Source of the DNA: Myxococcota bacterium
GTDB taxonomy: Bacteria; Myxococcota_A; Polyangia; Polyangiales; Sandaracinaceae
Assembly: GCA_036149055.1 (NCBI GenBank)
Contig: JAYZQJ010000069.1
Coordinates: 107,950 to 171,949 of the forward strand
DNA: 64,000 bases
Direction: 5' to 3'
In this document: positions 1 to 11,179 of the stretch, one piece after another
Layout of the letters: every line of letters starts with the position of its first letter
How positions within the stretch are numbered: the first letter of the stretch is position 1
Notes under the pieces: model-generated
The model's input: only the letters and a program-made list of their open reading frames with translations
Databases searched by the model: none
What the model was told of the DNA's origin: nothing
Position numbers and translations under genes: made by a program

Positions 1-1340
1 CCGCCGTTCAGGAGCGGATGCGGGCCGAGACCCTCAACACGATCCTGGAGCGGGTGGACCTGACCGCGGCCGCGCCGGGCCCGCTCGACTTCGGCTACGG
101 GACCGACACGTTCCGCGCGCTCGCGGGCGAGGCGGGCTTCCCGTTGCTCGCGGCCGGCGTGACCCTGGCGACGCCGGCGGCGGAAGGTGAGGAGGACGCG
201 GCGCCGAGCCCGGTGCTCACCGCGACCACGCTGCGCCGGATCGGATCGCGCCAGGTCGGCTTCGTCGGGCTGAGTCAGCTCGAGTCGGCCGACGGGAGCC
301 TGCCCGACGCGGTCCAGATCGACGCGGCGCTCCGGGAGGCGGGGCGCGCGGCGGTGGCCGAGCTCCGGGAGCGGGGCGCCGAGCTCGTGGTCGCGCTCGT
401 GACCGCCGATCGACGCGGGGCGCGCCAGGTCGCCACCGGGGTGGACGGGGTCGACGTGGTGGTGCACGGCGGGGTCGACGAGGCGAGCGTCTCGCCGCCC
501 AGCACGCCCGGCGGGGCCATCCTGGTGAACGCGGGCCGGCAGGGGCAGGGGCTGGTGGTGCTCGATCTGCGGCTCGGCGAGGGCGACGGCTGGACCGACG
601 CGAGCGTGTGGACCCGCCGGGAGCGGCGCGATCACCTGCAGGGGCGGATCGAGTCGCTCGAGGCGCGCATCGCCGAGTGGGAGGGCGACGACGACGTCGC
701 CGAGGCCGACGTGGCGAGGCAGCGGCGGCGCCTCGAGGAGATGCGGGCCGAGCTGCGGAGCCTGAGCGCGGCGCCGACCGCCGAGGGCAAGGTCTTCACC
801 GCGCGCTACGAGGAGCTGCCGCCCGAGGCCGCGCGCGACCCCGCCATCACCCGGATCATGGGTGAGCACGACCGGCGGGTGAACGATCGGAACCGCGAGC
901 TGTTCGCCGACTGGACCCCGGAGCCCGCGCCCGAGGGCGAGCCGCACTACCTCGGCTCGCAGGCCTGCGCGTCCTGTCATGGCGCCGCGGTGCGCTGGTG
1001 GCGCGGCCACGCGCACGGCCGGGCGTACGCCACCCTCGAGGACCGCCACAAGAACTTCAACCTCAGCTGCGTCGGCTGCCACGTCACCGGCTACCTCCGC
1101 CCGGGCGGATCGACGGTGACCCACGTCGACCGCCTCCAGGACGTGGGCTGCGAGGTCTGCCACGGCCCCGGAAGCCAGCACGTCCAGAACCCCACCGGCG
1201 CGACCGTGAACGTCGCCCGCGAAGTCCCCGAGAGCCTCTGCGTCCGCTGCCACAACGAAGAGCACAGCGACCAGTTCGTCTACGAGTCCTACCGCCAGTC
1301 CCTCCTGGTCCCCGGCCACGGACGCCCGTCCGGAGGCTAG
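1..1340 (+). CDS. 5'-nucleotidase/metallophosphoesterase-like domain + coiled coil + C-terminal tetraheme c-type cytochrome (c554-like); probably 5'-truncated by the window edge
   Basis: Four CxxCH motifs (CASCH, CVGCH, CEVCH, CVRCH). The N-terminal part has 5'-nucleotidase-like segments (RQVGFVGL, LRERGAELVVAL, GVDVVVHG). The frame is open upstream of the ATG at 18. Confidence 0.8.
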   Translation, partial: AVQERMRAETLNTILERVDLTAAAPGPLDFGYGTDTFRALAGEAGFPLLAAGVTLATPAAEGEEDAAPSPVLTATTLRRIGSRQVGFVGLSQLESADGSLPDAVQIDAALREAGRAAVAELRERGAELVVALVTADRRGARQVATGVDGVDVVVHGGVDEASVSPPSTPGGAILVNAGRQGQGLVVLDLRLGEGDGWTDASVWTRRERRDHLQGRIESLEARIAEWEGDDDVAEADVARQRRRLEEMRAELRSLSAAPTAEGKVFTARYEELPPEAARDPAITRIMGEHDRRVNDRNRELFADWTPEPAPEGEPHYLGSQACASCHGAAVRWWRGHAHGRAYATLEDRHKNFNLSCVGCHVTGYLRPGGSTVTHVDRLQDVGCEVCHGPGSQHVQNPTGATVNVAREVPESLCVRCHNEEHSDQFVYESYRQSLLVPGHGRPSGG

Positions 1341-1346
1341 GGGATA

Positions 1347-1444
1347 GGGGACGGAGTGAACTTGTTAACCTACGTAGGCAGCAAGCCTACACCAGGCGGT
1401 GTCGAGCGAAGACCTACCTAAGTACACTAGTGAACTCCGTCCCC
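1347..1444. repeat. REP/REPIN-like 98-bp imperfect palindrome between convergent genes
   Basis: Arms 1347-1378 and 1413-1444 match at 25/32 as an inverted repeat, with perfect 11-bp ends GGGGACGGAGT/ACTCCGTCCCC. AT-richer than the flanks. Confidence 0.65.
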
Positions 1445-1447
1445 GGG

Positions 1448-1813
1448 TCACTCTTCGAGGACCTCGACGCGGACGTCGACGACGCCTTCGCGGATCATGT
1501 CGAGGCGCTCGGCGGCGGCGCGGCTGAGGTCGATGATGCGGCGGCGGTCGCCGAAGGGGCCGCGGTCGTTGACCCTCACGACGACGCTGGCGCCGGTGTC
1601 GACCCGGGTGACGCGGACGCGGGTGTCGAAGGGGAGGTCCCGGCTCGCCGCGGTCAGGCGCTCGGGGTCGTAGGGCTCGCCGCTCGCGGTGGAGCGACCG
1701 GCCAGTCGGTCCGAGTAGTAGCTCGCCCGCCCCGCGCGGCTCTCGAGCGCGGAGGCGCCGCAGGCGCTGGCGGTGACCACGGAGGCGAGCAGCACGGCGG
1801 AGATCCGGGGCAT
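1448..1813 (-). CDS. rlpA: RlpA-family (DPBB) lytic transglycosylase lipoprotein
   Basis: Motifs GRASYY..G..TASGE.YD...LTAA, VVVRVNDRGPF, IIDLSRAAA; lipobox ASAC. Confidence 0.92.
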   Translation of the reverse strand: MPRISAVLLASVVTASACGASALESRAGRASYYSDRLAGRSTASGEPYDPERLTAASRDLPFDTRVRVTRVDTGASVVVRVNDRGPFGDRRRIIDLSRAAAERLDMIREGVVDVRVEVLEE

Positions 1814-1836
1814 CTCGCCCAGGATATCAGCGCAGC

Positions 1837-3805
<1,969 letters not shown>

Positions 3806-3809
<4 letters not shown>

Positions 3810-4138
3810 ATCGAGAGCTTTCCGGCGCGATTGCGCATCTGGATGCCGTGCACGAGCGACGCGCCGCCTCGGAGGGCGGCCGCGACGTGCACCGCCTCGG
3901 TCATCTGGTCCATGTCGGCCCCCTTGCGGAGGCAGTCCTTACTGTAGCTGTCGATGCAGTAGGGGCACTGGATGGCGTGGGCGACCGCGAGCGCGATCAG
4001 GGACTTCTCGCGGGCGGTCAGGGCGCCGTCGGCGAACACCGCGCCGTACCACTCGAAGAATTTCTCGGCCAGCTCGGGCGCGTTCTCACCGATCTCACCG
4101 AACTTCGCGAGGTCTTCGTGATCGTAGTAGTGGCTCAT
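3806..4138 (-). CDS. AhpD/CMD-family peroxidase-like protein associated with arsS
   Basis: GALTAREKSLIALAVAHAIQCPYCID. ATG at 4138 with GGAG RBS. GTGA overlap with arsS. Confidence 0.88.
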
Positions 4139-4254
4139 CGGGCTCTCCTCGGGTCTGGCGCCTACGCGACGCGGGGCGGGCAAGTTACAACGGAGGCCCC
4201 CGAGATTCGCCGGTTTTTCGGTCGCCCGAGAGGCTTCGGTTAGGTTCGAGGCCC

Positions 4255-5775
4255 ATGGCGGCCGAAGCCCTCGCAGACGACACCCTGGCCACCGGCGCGC
4301 TCCACCTCCGGCGCTGCCGCACCTGCGGCGAGGAGTTCCCGAGCGACTACCGCGTCTGCCCGCGGGACGGCACCCCGCTCGGGGTCGACGCCAGCCGCGA
4401 GGACCCGATGATGGGCATCGTGCTGGCGGGCACCTACCGGGTCGTCCGCAACCTGGGTCGCGGCGGCATGGGGCGCCTCTACGAAGCGCAGCACACCCGG
4501 CTCGACCGACACTTCGCGATCAAGGTCCTGCACGAGGCCCAGTCCCGCTCCCGCGACGCGGTCCGCCGCTTCGACCGCGAGGCGCGGGTGCTCAGCCGCA
4601 TCCGCTCCGACCACGTCCTCGACGTGATCGACGTCCTGCGCACCCCCGACGATCGGGCGGCCATCGTGACCGCCCGGCTCGAAGGCGAGGATCTGAAGGC
4701 GCGGCTCGATCGGGTCGGCAAGCTGCCCGCGGCGGAGGCGGTCCCGATCGCGCGGCAGATCTGTCGGGGGCTCGCGGCGGCGCACGCCGAGGGGATCATT
4801 CACCGCGACCTCAAGCCCTCGAACCTCTTCCTCGAGACCGGCGCGGACGGACGCGTCGTGGTGAAGGTGCTCGACTTCGGCGTCGCCAAGCTGAACGGCG
4901 AGGAGGAGCTGACCCGGACGGGCGCGGTGGTCGGGACACCCGCCTACATGGCCCCGGAGCAGGCCCGCGGGAGCGCGAAGGTCGACACGCGCGCGGACAT
5001 CTACGCGGTGGGCGCCGTCCTCTACCGGATGCTCACCGGGCGAGCGCCCTACTCCGGCGACGAGCCCGCGGCCCTGCTCGCCAGCCTGCTCCACGAGGTG
5101 CCGAAGCGGCCGCGCGCGCTCGAGCCGTCGATCCCGATCGGCCTCGAGGCGCTCGTGCAGCGCACCATGGCCCGCAACCCGAGCGATCGCCCCGGCGACG
5201 CGCTCGAGCTCGAGCGGGAGCTCGCCCTCTTCGACCCCGGGGGCGAGTCGGTGGCGCCGTCGACGTGGGAGCCCTCGATGGGCGGCGGCGAGGTCTCGAC
5301 CCTGATCCTCCCGCGGGGCAGCGTCGATCGCGCCCGCGCGCTCGCCAAGCAGGCGGCCCGCGCGCGCCCGTTCGCGGTCCTGCTCGGCGCGGCGTCGGCG
5401 CTCTGGGCGGCATGCGTGGCCGGCCTGTTCGTCACCGGGCTGCAGACCCTCGGGGGCGCCGCCCGCACGCCGGTGGAGGTGAGCGCCGCCTGGCTGCTCG
5501 CCGCCGCGGCCGCGATCGGCGCCCTGAGCGCGCTCACCCGCTGGCTGTCCCGTCACTGGTCGAGCGCGCCCGAGGTCCTGCGCGTGAACCGCGTGCTCTC
5601 GCGCGCGGTCTTCGCCTCGACGATCGTCTACGGCGGCTGGGAGCTGGCGGTCCGCGGCCTCGAGGCCCTCACCGCCGAGAGCGCCGCGCTGCACGGCTGG
5701 GCCCTGCTCTCGCGCGCCGCCCTGCTCGCCCTGGTCGCCGGTCTGGCCGGCTGGTCGGCTCAGCGCAGGCGGTAG
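4255..5775 (+). CDS. Hanks-type Ser/Thr protein kinase with N-terminal zinc ribbon and C-terminal TM helices
   Basis: CRTC..CPRDG; GRGGMG; AIK; HRDLKPSN; DFG; GTPAYMAPE; about four hydrophobic helices at the C-terminus. Confidence 0.93.
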   Translation: MAAEALADDTLATGALHLRRCRTCGEEFPSDYRVCPRDGTPLGVDASREDPMMGIVLAGTYRVVRNLGRGGMGRLYEAQHTRLDRHFAIKVLHEAQSRSRDAVRRFDREARVLSRIRSDHVLDVIDVLRTPDDRAAIVTARLEGEDLKARLDRVGKLPAAEAVPIARQICRGLAAAHAEGIIHRDLKPSNLFLETGADGRVVVKVLDFGVAKLNGEEELTRTGAVVGTPAYMAPEQARGSAKVDTRADIYAVGAVLYRMLTGRAPYSGDEPAALLASLLHEVPKRPRALEPSIPIGLEALVQRTMARNPSDRPGDALELERELALFDPGGESVAPSTWEPSMGGGEVSTLILPRGSVDRARALAKQAARARPFAVLLGAASALWAACVAGLFVTGLQTLGGAARTPVEVSAAWLLAAAAAIGALSALTRWLSRHWSSAPEVLRVNRVLSRAVFASTIVYGGWELAVRGLEALTAESAALHGWALLSRAALLALVAGLAGWSAQRRR

Positions 5776-7034
5776 AGGCGGGTCCCGGAGCCGTCGGGCA
5801 GCGCGACCACGCACGGCACGATCATCAGCGCCCCCTCCGCGTGCACGAGGCGGCCGCCGAGCCAGCGCGGCTGCGCGGCGGTCAGCTGATGCAGGACCGC
5901 GACCCCGCCCGCGTCGTCGGCCCGCGCGAAGGCGAGCGCGGTGCCGTCGTCGTCGAACGCGACCGGCTCGCCGTTGGTCGCCCAGCGCTTCGGGGCCACG
6001 ATCGCGAACGGCTCCGACTGTCCCGGGTGGCCGCCGATCTGCTCGCGGTAGCGGTCCGCCAGCGCGCCGAAGCGTCGGTAGGCGTTGCTCGACACGCGCG
6101 TCAGGTCGTCGTGCGACGGCCCGAGGCTGACCGCGTACTGCATGAGGCGGATCCGGCGCGGCGAGGCGCCGTCCTCCACCTCGGCGAGCCCGACCTGGAT
6201 GACCCGCGGGCACGGGCCGACCGAGGCCACCGGGCTCGAGCGCGAGCGCTCCTCGCGGAAGACCTCGCCGTTGCGGAGATCGACCAGGTAGCGCCGCTCG
6301 ATCCCGCCGCGCTCGCTGCTCGGGAGCCACTCTCGGGCCACCTCGACGAGCACGCGATCGGAGAGGCGCTCGACCGCGCCGAGCTCCCCGCTCGCGCCCA
6401 TCCAGCCGACCACGCGGCGGCGCGCGCTGCGCGACGGGCGCTCCTTGCGGAGATCCTTGGCGAGCTGGCTCGCGCCCATGAGGAGCAGCGCCACCTGGGC
6501 CACGTCCTTCGCCGCCAGCCCGCTCTCGAGCCGCTTGAGCCAGCGCGCGAGCCCGGTGGGCGTGGGGAGCGGCGCCTCCTTGCGCAGCCGCTCCAGGCTC
6601 TCGGCCACCGACGGCGCGTTCCGCTCGCCCGCGCCCGCGCGCACCACGGTGGTCACCACGTCGTCGAGGGCGTCGGCCAGCCGGCCCCGGGCGGAGGGCG
6701 TCGGCGCCTCCTCGGCGGGCGGCGCGGGCGGCGGCGTGCTCGGGCGCGGGGCCAGGTCGGTCTCGGTGACGCGCATCCCGGTCTGTGACGCGCGCACGTC
6801 CTCCGCCGGCGGCGCGCTCTGGGCCAGCCACCGCAGCGCCTCGCGCACGTGGGGACCGTCGGCGGCGCCGCTGCTCGTCCAGGACAGCTCGCCGTCGCGG
6901 AGGGCCAGGGTGACCATCTCCGTGACTCCGTCCAGCTGGACGTCGACCGTCAGCCGGGTCACCTCCCCGGCGCCCCGCCCTCCCCCGACGCGCTCGAGCG
7001 CGCGCCGCGCGGCCTCGCGGATCGCCTCGCTCAC
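5760..7034 (-). CDS. Hypothetical protein with degenerate SWIM-like N-terminus
   Basis: GTG start overlaps the upstream stop (GTGA). GC3-rich codons. LSWTSS..GPHVREAL resembles a Cys-less SWIM motif. Confidence 0.65.
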   Translation of the reverse strand: MSEAIREAARRALERVGGGRGAGEVTRLTVDVQLDGVTEMVTLALRDGELSWTSSGAADGPHVREALRWLAQSAPPAEDVRASQTGMRVTETDLAPRPSTPPPAPPAEEAPTPSARGRLADALDDVVTTVVRAGAGERNAPSVAESLERLRKEAPLPTPTGLARWLKRLESGLAAKDVAQVALLLMGASQLAKDLRKERPSRSARRRVVGWMGASGELGAVERLSDRVLVEVAREWLPSSERGGIERRYLVDLRNGEVFREERSRSSPVASVGPCPRVIQVGLAEVEDGASPRRIRLMQYAVSLGPSHDDLTRVSSNAYRRFGALADRYREQIGGHPGQSEPFAIVAPKRWATNGEPVAFDDDGTALAFARADDAGGVAVLHQLTAAQPRWLGGRLVHAEGALMIVPCVVALPDGSGTRLYRLR

Positions 7035-8797
7035 GCCGCGCTCCGCTGGCGAAGGTGCTCCTGGCGACGCGACAGCTCGAAGCGCAGCTCGCTCGGCACG
7101 CGCCGCAGGTCGAGCGCGAGCATCTCCTCGATGAGCCCGCGCGCGATGTCGACGCGGCCGCTGCGCTCGACCTCCTCGGCCCGGCGGAGGAAGACACGGG
7201 CGAGCGCGCGCATCGCGAAGTGGTTGCCCTCGACCCACGGGCGGTCGGCCTCGAGGGCGCGCCGGAACGCGGCGAGCGCCTGAGGCGGCCGCTCCTTCCG
7301 GGCGTGATGTAGCGCGAGCGCGGCCAGCGGCGCGGCCCAGCCGGGGCGACGCGCGGCGGCGCGCTCGAAGCGGGAGATCGCCCGGCGCCCGGCGCCGAGG
7401 GCCAGCCAGAGGTGGCCCATCACGAAGTCGAACCAGCTCGAGAAGCGCACCACCGCCGGATCACGCGCCCGCTCGGCCATGCCGCTCCGCGAGGCGGTCG
7501 CCAGGTCGACGCTCTCGGTGTGCTCGGGCGGCTCCTCGCCGCGCAGCTCCATGAGCGCGCGGATGGCGGCCTCCGCGTCCTCCGCGTCGGCGAAGAGCGC
7601 GCTCAGGCCGCTCTCCCGCCGCAGCTCCGCCAGCGGCAGCAGGCCGCGCGCGTCCCCGGTCTTGCCGAGGGCGCGGATCACGTGGGTGAGCAGCACCGGG
7701 TCGCTCTTCTCGAGCAGGGGCACGAGCCGCTCGGCGTCCTCGGCGTTGGCGAGGCTCTCCATCGCCTCGACCGCGGCCCCGAGCACCCGCTCGTCGTCGC
7801 TCCCGAGCAGCTTGCGCACGTAGTCCCGCCCCCGGACGTCCGCGGCGATGCCGAGCGCGCCGGCCAGGATCGCCCGCTCGCTGTCGACCACGCTCCGCTC
7901 GTAGGCCGCGGCGAGCGCGGGGTGGGCGCGCGGATCCTCGATGCGCGCGAGCGCCCGCGCCGCCTCCGGCACGAAGTCGGCGTTGCGCGAGGACAAGAGC
8001 CCGACCAGCGCCGGGGTCAGCCGCGGATCCCCCGAGTAGCGGAGCGAGGAGAGCATGGCGAGGCGGTTGCTCTTGCCGCTCACCCCGTCGCTCCCGTCGA
8101 GCACCGAGGCGAGGTGATCGAGCACCACGTCGGGCGCGTCGCGGAGGCGCACCATGAGCTGGGCGCGGTGATCGGGCGGCATCGCGCCCACCGGCTCGAT
8201 CGCGAGCTGGCCGGACCAGAAGTCCTCGATGGCGACCCGGAGCTTGTCGAGGACCTCGGCGAACTCCTCGCTCTCCTGCCGCGCCGCCCGCCCGCGGGCC
8301 CCCGGGAGCGCCTCGCGCGCGTGCGCCACCTCGAAGGCGATCTCGACGTCCCGGACGTTGAGCAGGGTCGTGGTGACGCCGCGAACGTCCTCGTTGCTCA
8401 GCTCGCCCTCCTCGACCAGGGCGCCGAGCCGGAGCGCCGCCGCCCGCCGCTGCACGAGGCCGCCGGCGCGCAGGACCGCGAGCAGGGTCTGCACGTCGTC
8501 GAGCTCCGCCACACCGAGCTGCTCCGCCCCGTGCTCGCTCGAGACGGTCAGGCGGCCCAGGAACGAGGCGTCGGCGGAGCTCACCACGGGGGGGGCCTCC
8601 GGGGCCCGCGGATCCTTCTCCGCCCCGCAGCTCACGTGGCCGAGCGCCTCCTCGCCGACCGCCGTCACCAGCGCCCGGGCGAGCTCACCGTCATCGTCGG
8701 ACGAGACGCCGAGCGTCTGCCGCAGCTCTCCGTCGTCCGTCCCGGCGCCCTCGCGGAGCCGTCGCTCGAGGCGCTTGACCCCCAGCTTCGCGGTCAC
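7031..8797 (-). CDS. HEAT-repeat protein with C-terminal TPR-like region
   Basis: Repeats such as VPEAARALARIEDPRAHPAL and VIRALGKTGDARGLLPL; GTGA coupling at 8794-8797. Confidence 0.8.
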   Translation of the reverse strand: MTAKLGVKRLERRLREGAGTDDGELRQTLGVSSDDDGELARALVTAVGEEALGHVSCGAEKDPRAPEAPPVVSSADASFLGRLTVSSEHGAEQLGVAELDDVQTLLAVLRAGGLVQRRAAALRLGALVEEGELSNEDVRGVTTTLLNVRDVEIAFEVAHAREALPGARGRAARQESEEFAEVLDKLRVAIEDFWSGQLAIEPVGAMPPDHRAQLMVRLRDAPDVVLDHLASVLDGSDGVSGKSNRLAMLSSLRYSGDPRLTPALVGLLSSRNADFVPEAARALARIEDPRAHPALAAAYERSVVDSERAILAGALGIAADVRGRDYVRKLLGSDDERVLGAAVEAMESLANAEDAERLVPLLEKSDPVLLTHVIRALGKTGDARGLLPLAELRRESGLSALFADAEDAEAAIRALMELRGEEPPEHTESVDLATASRSGMAERARDPAVVRFSSWFDFVMGHLWLALGAGRRAISRFERAAARRPGWAAPLAALALHHARKERPPQALAAFRRALEADRPWVEGNHFAMRALARVFLRRAEEVERSGRVDIARGLIEEMLALDLRRVPSELRFELSRRQEHLRQRSAA

Positions 8798-10269
8798 GTC
8801 TCGGGCTCCACGGTGACCCGGAACACCCCCACCCCGGTCGCCGCGTGGAGCACGGTGCGGTCGCCGTCGCGCGCGAGGCTCAGGTCGACGATCCGGTGCG
8901 CCCCGTCGAGCCCCAGGCGCTCCGCCTCCTCGGCCACGTCCAGCACCAGGCCCGCCTCTCCGCCGCCGGGGCGGTGGCGCACGATCACGCCGCGGTCTCC
9001 GTCGAGGTGCGCCGCGTAGAGCGACAGCCCGCCGCGCTCCTTGACCAGCGCGATCGGGCCCGCCGGGGGCAGCCCGGGCACCCGCGCCCACGTCTTGCCC
9101 GCGTCCGACGAGAGGAAGGGCCCCGCGACGTCGGCCGCGCAGGCCACCGCCACGTAGCCGTCTCCGTAGGCCAGGCTCATCTCGCCCTCCGCCGGCAGGC
9201 CGGGGCCGTCGACCGCGGACCAGCGCCCGCCTCCGTCCTCGGTCCACGCGAGCTGCGGCGGCGCGTCCCGGCCCGCGCAGAGCACCATCACGCCCCCGGT
9301 CGGCGGGGTCACGATCGCCACCACCCGCTTGAGGAGCAGCGGGCCCTTCCAGGTCCGGCCGAAGTCGTCGCTCGCGTGGAGCGCGCCGCCGCCGGTGCGG
9401 CCCCAGAGCCGCGTGGTGCCCGCCTCCCGCCGGAGGTGGAAGCTCTGCGCGGCGTCCTTGCCGAAGCTCGTGACCGGCGCGAACGACGCGCCCGCGTCGT
9501 CGGACCGCAGGACCTCTCCGGCGGCGGTGCTGACCACCAGCGCGTCTCCGTCGCCGGCGACCGCCACCACCTCCGCCGCCTCCAGGCCGCCGCTCCCGAG
9601 GCGCTCACAGCCCTCGCCGCGCACGACCCACACCGACGCGGCGCCGCCCACGTACGGCGGCCGCACCGCCGCGGCGCCCTCGCGCGGCCCGAGGTGGGTC
9701 ACGGCGACGCCCTCGAGGGGCGCCGGGAGCGAGCGGTCCGGCGCCTCGTCGACGTCGGTGATCATGGCCGCGACGTCGAGCAGGAGATCGTCCCCGGCGT
9801 CGTCCTCGTCGCCCTCGTCGGCGTCGAGCGGCGGGAGGTGGGACACATCGTCGGCGCCGCGACCGCCGAGATCGATCGCGTCGTCGAGGCCGACCTCGCC
9901 GCCGTCATCGCCTCCGAGCGGGCTGAGCGTGGGCAGGTCCATCTCGGCCGGATCCCAGCCCTCGTCGGCCTGCGAGGCGCCGTCGTCGGTCCAGCCGTAC
10001 TCGGCGCCCTCGTCGAGGCCCTCCACCGGGATGGCGTCGACGTCCTCCTCGTCGATCGCCGTCTCCTCGGGCGGCAGCTCGAGAGCGTAGAGCGGCGCGT
10101 CGTCCTCGAGGCCGGTGTCGTCGTCGAGGCCGACGGACTCCGCCGCCTCGGCGTCGTCGGGCAGGAGCGCGTCGAGGCCGAGCTCGCCCGCGTCGGGCAG
10201 CGCGTCGTCGTCGTCGTCCGCCAGCGGAGGGAGCGGCGGGAGGAGATCGTCGTCTTCTTCGGGCTTCAC
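8794..10269 (-). CDS. Acidic low-complexity N-terminus + BNR/Asp-box beta-propeller protein
   Basis: Asp-box repeats SDDAGASF, SDDFGRTW, TEDGGGRW, SSDAGKTW; about 170 aa D/E-rich N-terminus; GTGA coupling to UDG. Confidence 0.78.
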   Translation of the reverse strand: MKPEEDDDLLPPLPPLADDDDDALPDAGELGLDALLPDDAEAAESVGLDDDTGLEDDAPLYALELPPEETAIDEEDVDAIPVEGLDEGAEYGWTDDGASQADEGWDPAEMDLPTLSPLGGDDGGEVGLDDAIDLGGRGADDVSHLPPLDADEGDEDDAGDDLLLDVAAMITDVDEAPDRSLPAPLEGVAVTHLGPREGAAAVRPPYVGGAASVWVVRGEGCERLGSGGLEAAEVVAVAGDGDALVVSTAAGEVLRSDDAGASFAPVTSFGKDAAQSFHLRREAGTTRLWGRTGGGALHASDDFGRTWKGPLLLKRVVAIVTPPTGGVMVLCAGRDAPPQLAWTEDGGGRWSAVDGPGLPAEGEMSLAYGDGYVAVACAADVAGPFLSSDAGKTWARVPGLPPAGPIALVKERGGLSLYAAHLDGDRGVIVRHRPGGGEAGLVLDVAEEAERLGLDGAHRIVDLSLARDGDRTVLHAATGVGVFRVTVEPET

Positions 10270-11102
10270 CGGGACGGCAGCTCCCGGCCGAGGGCGGCCA
10301 CGACCTTCTGGAGATCTTCCCACACCGGCCGCTTCTGCTCGGGGCTCCGGAGCAGGTAGGCCGGGTGGTAGGTGGGCATCACGCGCACGCCGGCGAAGGT
10401 GCCCCAGCGGCCGCGCCACCCGCCGCCGCCGACCCCGAGGTTCTCGGCCGCGTGCCGGCCGAGGGCCACGATGACCTGGGGCTTCACCGCGTCGAGCTGG
10501 CCCTCGAGGAACCGCATGCACGCCGCCGCCTCGTCGGGGTTGGGCGTCCGGTTGTCCGGCGGCCGGCACTTCACGACGTTGCAGACGTAGATCTCGTCCT
10601 GCGAGAGGCCCATCGCGGCGATCATCTTGTCGAGGAGCTGGCCGGCGTTGCCGACGAACGGCAGCCCCTGCTGGTCCTCGTGGTAGCCGGGCCCCTCCCC
10701 GACGAAGGCCACCAGCGCGCCGTCGGGGTTGCCGCGGGCGAAGACGCTGCGGGTCCGCCCCTCGTGGAGCCGGCACGCGGTGCAGCTGGCCGCCTCTTCG
10801 GCCAGGACCGTCAGGCGCGTCCGCGCGTCGACGGGCGCCTCCTCTGCAGACGGCGCGGGCGCCGCGGCGGGGGCCTGGGGGCGCTCGGGCGCCTCGGTCG
10901 CGACCGGGCGGGCGATCGGGCTGGCGATCGGGCCGGGCTCGGGAGTCGCAGCGGGGCTCGGGGGCGGGCTCGCCGCCTCGTCGGCGCGCTCGAGCGCGTC
11001 GAGCGCGACCTCGGGCAGGCCCCGGCTGCCGAGATCCATCTCCCAGCGCAGGTGCTCGGCCGTCAGCGCAGCCAGCTCCGCGAGATCCGAGTCCACGCCC
11101 AC
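10266..11102 (-). CDS. udg: Family-4 uracil-DNA glycosylase ([4Fe-4S])
   Basis: CTACRL, FVGEGPG.ED..G.PFVG.AG, NVVKCRPP.NR.P, PTYHPAYLLR. Confidence 0.93.
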   Translation of the reverse strand: MGVDSDLAELAALTAEHLRWEMDLGSRGLPEVALDALERADEAASPPPSPAATPEPGPIASPIARPVATEAPERPQAPAAAPAPSAEEAPVDARTRLTVLAEEAASCTACRLHEGRTRSVFARGNPDGALVAFVGEGPGYHEDQQGLPFVGNAGQLLDKMIAAMGLSQDEIYVCNVVKCRPPDNRTPNPDEAAACMRFLEGQLDAVKPQVIVALGRHAAENLGVGGGGWRGRWGTFAGVRVMPTYHPAYLLRSPEQKRPVWEDLQKVVAALGRELPSR

Positions 11103-11179
11103 GGCCGCGGATTACACGGCGCCAGCGCCGCGTGCAACGGGTTGCGCGCCGCCGGCCGATCGGGCATCCCCTCCTCGCG

